This document shows positions 57,383 through 64,000 of a stretch of DNA of 64,000 nucleotides, piece after piece. The notes beneath the pieces are model-generated. The model did no database searches. It was not told the DNA's origin and saw nothing but the letters and a program-made list of their open reading frames with translations. The stretch is from Eledone cirrhosa (taxonomy: Eukaryota): the NCBI GenBank assembly GCA_964016885.1, contig OZ024760.1, positions 25,854,001-25,918,000 of the forward strand. The letters are read 5' to 3'. Each line of letters starts with the position of its first letter. The stretch's first letter is position 1. The translations under genes and the position numbers were made by a program.

Positions 57383-57669
57383 GTATTTATATATATATAT
57401 GTATATATATATGTATATATATATATAATACAAAATATATAATATATTCATATATGTATATATAATATATATATTATATATATTATATATATATTTTATA
57501 CATTATATATTATATACATATATATAAGATATACATAATATATATATAACATATAGATATTATATATATATAGATATATAGATATATAGATATTATATAT
57601 ATATAATATATATATTGTATATAAATATATATATTATATAATATTTATATACATATATAATATATATAA

Positions 57670-57736
<67 letters not shown>

Positions 57737-57960
57737 GTGTGTGTGTATTATACATATATGAAAGCATTTGATGAAGATTTATACGAGTATTACAAAAGTG
57801 AAAGCAACGATAAATGTTTTGATTGTGGCTGTTATGAACTAAGGTTATGTATGAAGAAGGGAGAGGTTGACGCTACACACAAACACATATATACACAGAC
57901 ACACACATATATACTCAGACACACATACACGTACATATAAACATAAACAATTACATATAT

Positions 57961-58043
<83 letters not shown>

Positions 58044-58211
58044 TATATAATACATATACATTTATATATATATACATACAATTATATATATACATTCATT
58101 TATATATTTATATATACATATATATATATATACATTTAAATATATATATATATATACATTTAAATATATATATATACATGCATTTATATATATAAATATA
58201 TATACATTTAC

Positions 58212-58267
<56 letters not shown>

Positions 58268-58280
58268 ATATATATATAAA

Positions 58281-58320
<40 letters not shown>

Positions 58321-58327
58321 CATTTAC

Positions 58328-58366
<39 letters not shown>

Positions 58367-58466
58367 TACACATGTACAAATGAACATATACATACTTACA
58401 TACATATATACAGACATACATACACACACACACACACATACATACATACATACATACATACATACA

Positions 58467-58500
<34 letters not shown>

Positions 58501-58831
58501 CATACATGCATACGCACATACACATATTCATACACTCATGCATACATATACGCACATACATTTTAGCAGATACTCTTCAACAAGGACCCACTCTTCACTT
58601 TTCATTTACCATGTCCTGAGGTTTTTATATTAGTTATCGGTGTCAGTTTTGTTTGTTTTTGTACTTTTTCCACACAAAAACACCAAAATATATTCGACGT
58701 CATATATCGTCTCACATTTGCCATTTCATACGGTTATTTCACTCTCCAGCCATGACCTCTTCCTCTTAAAACGGTAGAATACAAATCAGAATATAAAAAC
58801 ACACATTTTTGGGTGTGTGAATATATATATA

Positions 58832-58922
<91 letters not shown>

Positions 58923-59009
58923 TTATATATATATATATGTGTGTAGCTACATGTGTATATATGTATATATATATATATGTGTGTATATGTATATATATAT
59001 ATTTATATA

Positions 59010-59043
<34 letters not shown>

Positions 59044-59324
59044 TATGTATATATGTATGTATATATATATGTATATATGTATATATGTATATATGTGTGT
59101 ATGTGTATATGTATATATATGTATATATATGTATATATATATATGTATATATATGTATATGTGTATATATATATGTATCTAAAACTATATATGTATATAT
59201 ATGTATGTATAACTATATATGTATATATATGTATGTATAAATATATATGTATATATATATATATATATAATGTATAAATATATATGTATATATATTATAT
59301 ATATATATTTATATATGTATATTA

Positions 59325-59426
<102 letters not shown>

Positions 59427-60305
59427 TATATATATATATTATATATATATATACATTATATATATTCATATATATATATTATATATATATACACATTATA
59501 TATATATATTCATATATATATAGTATATATATACATTATATATATATATTCATATATATATATTATATATATTATATATATATATATCCATATATATATG
59601 TATACATAGATATGCAATATATATATATTATATATACATATATACATATATACATATATATATATATATTATATATATTATATATATATGCATGTATATA
59701 TACATATATACATAGATATGCATATATATATATATATATATGTGTGTGTATATATATGCATATATATATATATATATATATACATAAATATAAATTTATA
59801 TATATAAATACATATATATATATAGATATGTATAGTGTATACATGTGTATATAAATATATATAAATATATATAAATATATATACATACATATATATAGAT
59901 ATGTATAGTTTATACATGTGTATATAAATATATATAAATATATATATAAATATATATATAAATATATATATAAATATATATATAAATATATATATATATA
60001 TAACAGCAAAATGAAACAAAGCAAGACTGAATACAGACATATATTCCTTTCAGTCTGTTTTATTGCTATTCTGTTGGACAAAATTTTGGAACAACTCAAT
60101 TATAAAGTATCCCATTTGAAGAAAATATCTCTACCACAAAAACCCAAAGGATTGATGAAAAAAAAAAAGATTATAAAATGATTAAGATTATGATAACCAA
60201 GCTTTTTACTGTTTCAACTGCAGCAGAAGAAAAGCAGGTGGAAAAAAAATTTTTGATGAAAATAGAAATAAGCACACATACATGTATACATATATCTACG
60301 CATAT

Positions 60306-60371
<66 letters not shown>

Positions 60372-60395
60372 ACATACATGTATAAATACACACAC

Positions 60396-60427
<32 letters not shown>

Positions 60428-60487
60428 GTACATATATATATATATTTATATTTATACATATATCGGTGCATATATATATATATGTGT

Positions 60488-60546
<59 letters not shown>

Positions 60547-61089
60547 TATATATATTTATATTTATACATATATCGGTGCATATATATATATATATGTGTA
60601 GCTATATATATATAAACATATATATATATATATATATATATATTAGTCCATATATATATATATGTAGATATATATATGTGTGTATATATGTACGTATGTA
60701 TGTATATGTATATAAAAAGTCGCTAATGGCATAAACACACATGCAAGACCAATTTTCACTAGTCGCGTGTAATTCTGTGGACTACATACGTTTGCATAGC
60801 TATATGCATGTATATAAATATGAATATATATATACATATATACATATACATAGATATATGTGTGTGTGTTTGTTTTTGTGCATTTGTGAGTATGTGTATA
60901 TATGTATGTATATCTATATATATATATAAACATTAAGATAACCATATATACATATATGAACGTATGTAGGTATGTATGTATATAAGTTTATAAGTATGTG
61001 TGGTTTGTTTGTTTTTTTTATTTATTTATTTATCCATCAATTTACTCATTCCGTAATATATACGCACATCTACGTAGAATGGCTGAGAA

Positions 61090-61157
<68 letters not shown>

Positions 61158-61166
61158 CCTATATAT

Positions 61167-61217
<51 letters not shown>

Positions 61218-61270
61218 TTATAAACGATGAACTTGAAAAGACTTCAAAAGGTACAGATATATATATGTGC

Positions 61271-61318
<48 letters not shown>

Positions 61319-61756
61319 CAGGCAAAGACTGTGGGTTGGGATGAATCCCTCGAACGTATTGTGTAAGAAACCCGTGGAAGCGTCTTGAAGATTTTGAAAG
61401 TTTTTAAAAAAATATATTTGAAAAGATAAAAAAAAAAAACAGAAAAAAAAATGATAATATGGATGTATTTGATAAATAACAATAATAATGATATTATTGA
61501 TAATACTAATAATATGATTGATAATAAAGATAATACTATTGATGTTGATAATGATGGTGATAATAATGTTTATAATTTTAACAATACATATTCTTATCAT
61601 ATTACTGATAAAATTCAACCCAATCGTTGTAACGCAAAAGATACGTGGAGTCAATATAATTAAAAAAAATTTTTGAAATCAAATTACCTCCCCCTAACGC
61701 GTATAGAAGTTTTTAGCGAACAATTGTCTTTTAGTATTGTATGAAAATCTATGTGA

Positions 61757-61799
<43 letters not shown>

Positions 61800-61803
61800 G
61801 TAC

Positions 61804-61852
<49 letters not shown>

Positions 61853-61922
61853 CAAACACATATACACACACACATATGTATAGTTCTATATATATATATG
61901 TTAGTTAGGTGTGTGTAACTAC

Positions 61923-61954
<32 letters not shown>

Positions 61955-62151
61955 TATATACTCACATTTACAAATATATGCATTAAAATACTTAAAAATA
62001 CATATATATTTACATATATGTATGTATACATGTATATATATGTGAATAAATATATATATACATGTATATATATGTGAATATATATATATATATATATTCA
62101 TATATATGTATATATATATATATACATATATACATATATACATACATACAC

Positions 62152-62184
<33 letters not shown>

Positions 62185-62622
62185 CATATATATACATATA
62201 TAATTATTTATATACACATACATATCTGCGCGTGTCTGTGTGTGTTGGTTGAGTAGAATAGAAAACTGGTCTCAAAATGGCGGAAGTATTTTTCTTTCGC
62301 TGAGAGGAGAGTTTATTTGGAGTCCTGAAACATTGCAGGACATAAAGTGATGTAAACACGACGTTTTGGCCACAAATTTGAAATATGTTTATCAGCACTT
62401 TGCTACATCCATATATATTGTATTGATATCAACATGTCACCGAGTTGGTTTTTCTTTTCTTTTTTTTTTTGTTGTTTTTTCTCTATATATATATGTATAT
62501 TTTGTTGGGTTCTTTGTGATATTTTTAAAAAACAAAATAGATATTGATACATTTTACGTTTGTTTTTTGTTCTTATTTTGTTATTTTGGTGGGGTTAAAT
62601 TTTCAAGTGTATATACAGACAT

Positions 62623-62686
<64 letters not shown>

Positions 62687-62829
62687 ATGCATATATATAT
62701 ATATACATATATGTATGTATATGCATATATATATATATATACACATATATGTATGTATATGCATATATATATATATATATATTCATATATATATGTATAT
62801 GCATATATATATATATATATATTCATATA

Positions 62830-62876
<47 letters not shown>

Positions 62877-62978
62877 TATATATATACATATATATGTATA
62901 TATATATTATATATATATATGAATATATATGTATATATATATTATATATATATATACATATATATATGTATATATGTA

Positions 62979-63035
<57 letters not shown>

Positions 63036-63188
63036 TATATGGATATATATGTATATACATACATATATATATAGATATATATATATATATATGTATGTAT
63101 ATATGTATATCTATATATATATGTATGTATATATGTATATATATATATATATGTATGTATATATGTATATATATATGCATATATATCT

Positions 63189-63239
<51 letters not shown>

Positions 63240-63308
63240 TATATATATATACATATGTATAAGTATATTTCTCCCGCTCTTTCTCCATTTCTACCGTTAT
63301 ATACATGT

Positions 63309-63344
<36 letters not shown>

Positions 63345-63409
63345 CATTATATATATATTAAATATATATATAATATATATATAATATATGTGTGTGTGTG
63401 TATAATATA

Positions 63410-63493
<84 letters not shown>

Positions 63494-63704
63494 ATATACA
63501 CACTTACACACACAAACACACAAATATATATATATGATACAAATGAATGTGTTTCTGTTCACCCTTCGTTCCAAATCTTACTTATGCTGCAATTTTATCA
63601 ATTTAGAATCGATCGTATTCAATACATCATTTCAGTTACAATGTCAAACAATTTATCTCTCAAACCATCGCTTCTCTCAGTTTTTATTGATATACCGTGG
63701 ATTC

Positions 63705-63742
<38 letters not shown>

Positions 63743-63751
63743 GTCTAACTA

Positions 63752-63836
<85 letters not shown>

Positions 63837-64000
63837 CTATCTATCTATCTATCTGTCTAGCTAGCTATCTAGCTGTCTGTTTCTCCTTTTGTCAGCCTAC
63901 CTATCGATTTATCTCTCAATCTACACTTATATTTATACAAATACATGACATTCTACATCCTACCTATGTCAAAAAATATATATATATATATATATATATA

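Overview
Eukaryotic, very AT- and microsatellite-rich animal DNA, most likely a coleoid cephalopod (octopus-like; inferred from the SINE family and repeat landscape). The only host gene I can support is a + strand stargazin/TARP (CACNG-family, AMPA-receptor auxiliary subunit) gene. Three coding exons are visible (16084-16176, 25547-25687, 54452-54969), the protein ends in the PDZ ligand RRTTPV, and the first exon is not in the window. Almost all ORFs in the supplied track are microsatellite artefacts. The main signal is in the non-coding DNA: the short unique-looking islands between (TA)n tracts are mostly fold-back (inverted-repeat) elements carrying type I hammerhead ribozyme (HHR) motifs. 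By eye I find roughly 35-40 intact or degenerate motifs from about 15 unrelated sequence families, with covarying stems, palindromic stem III, a U3-A8 core variant, long stem II insertions, and a ~420-bp tandem array with one HHR per unit. This fits Penelope-like element (PLE) termini or retrozyme-like non-autonomous elements. Also present: tRNA-derived SINEs, RTE, CR1/L2, Tx1-like and R4/Dong-like LINE remnants, a DD37D Tc1/mariner element, two hAT MITEs, a probable Helitron and several minisatellites. All structures were read manually, so coordinates may be off by a few bases and no ribozyme activity is demonstrated.
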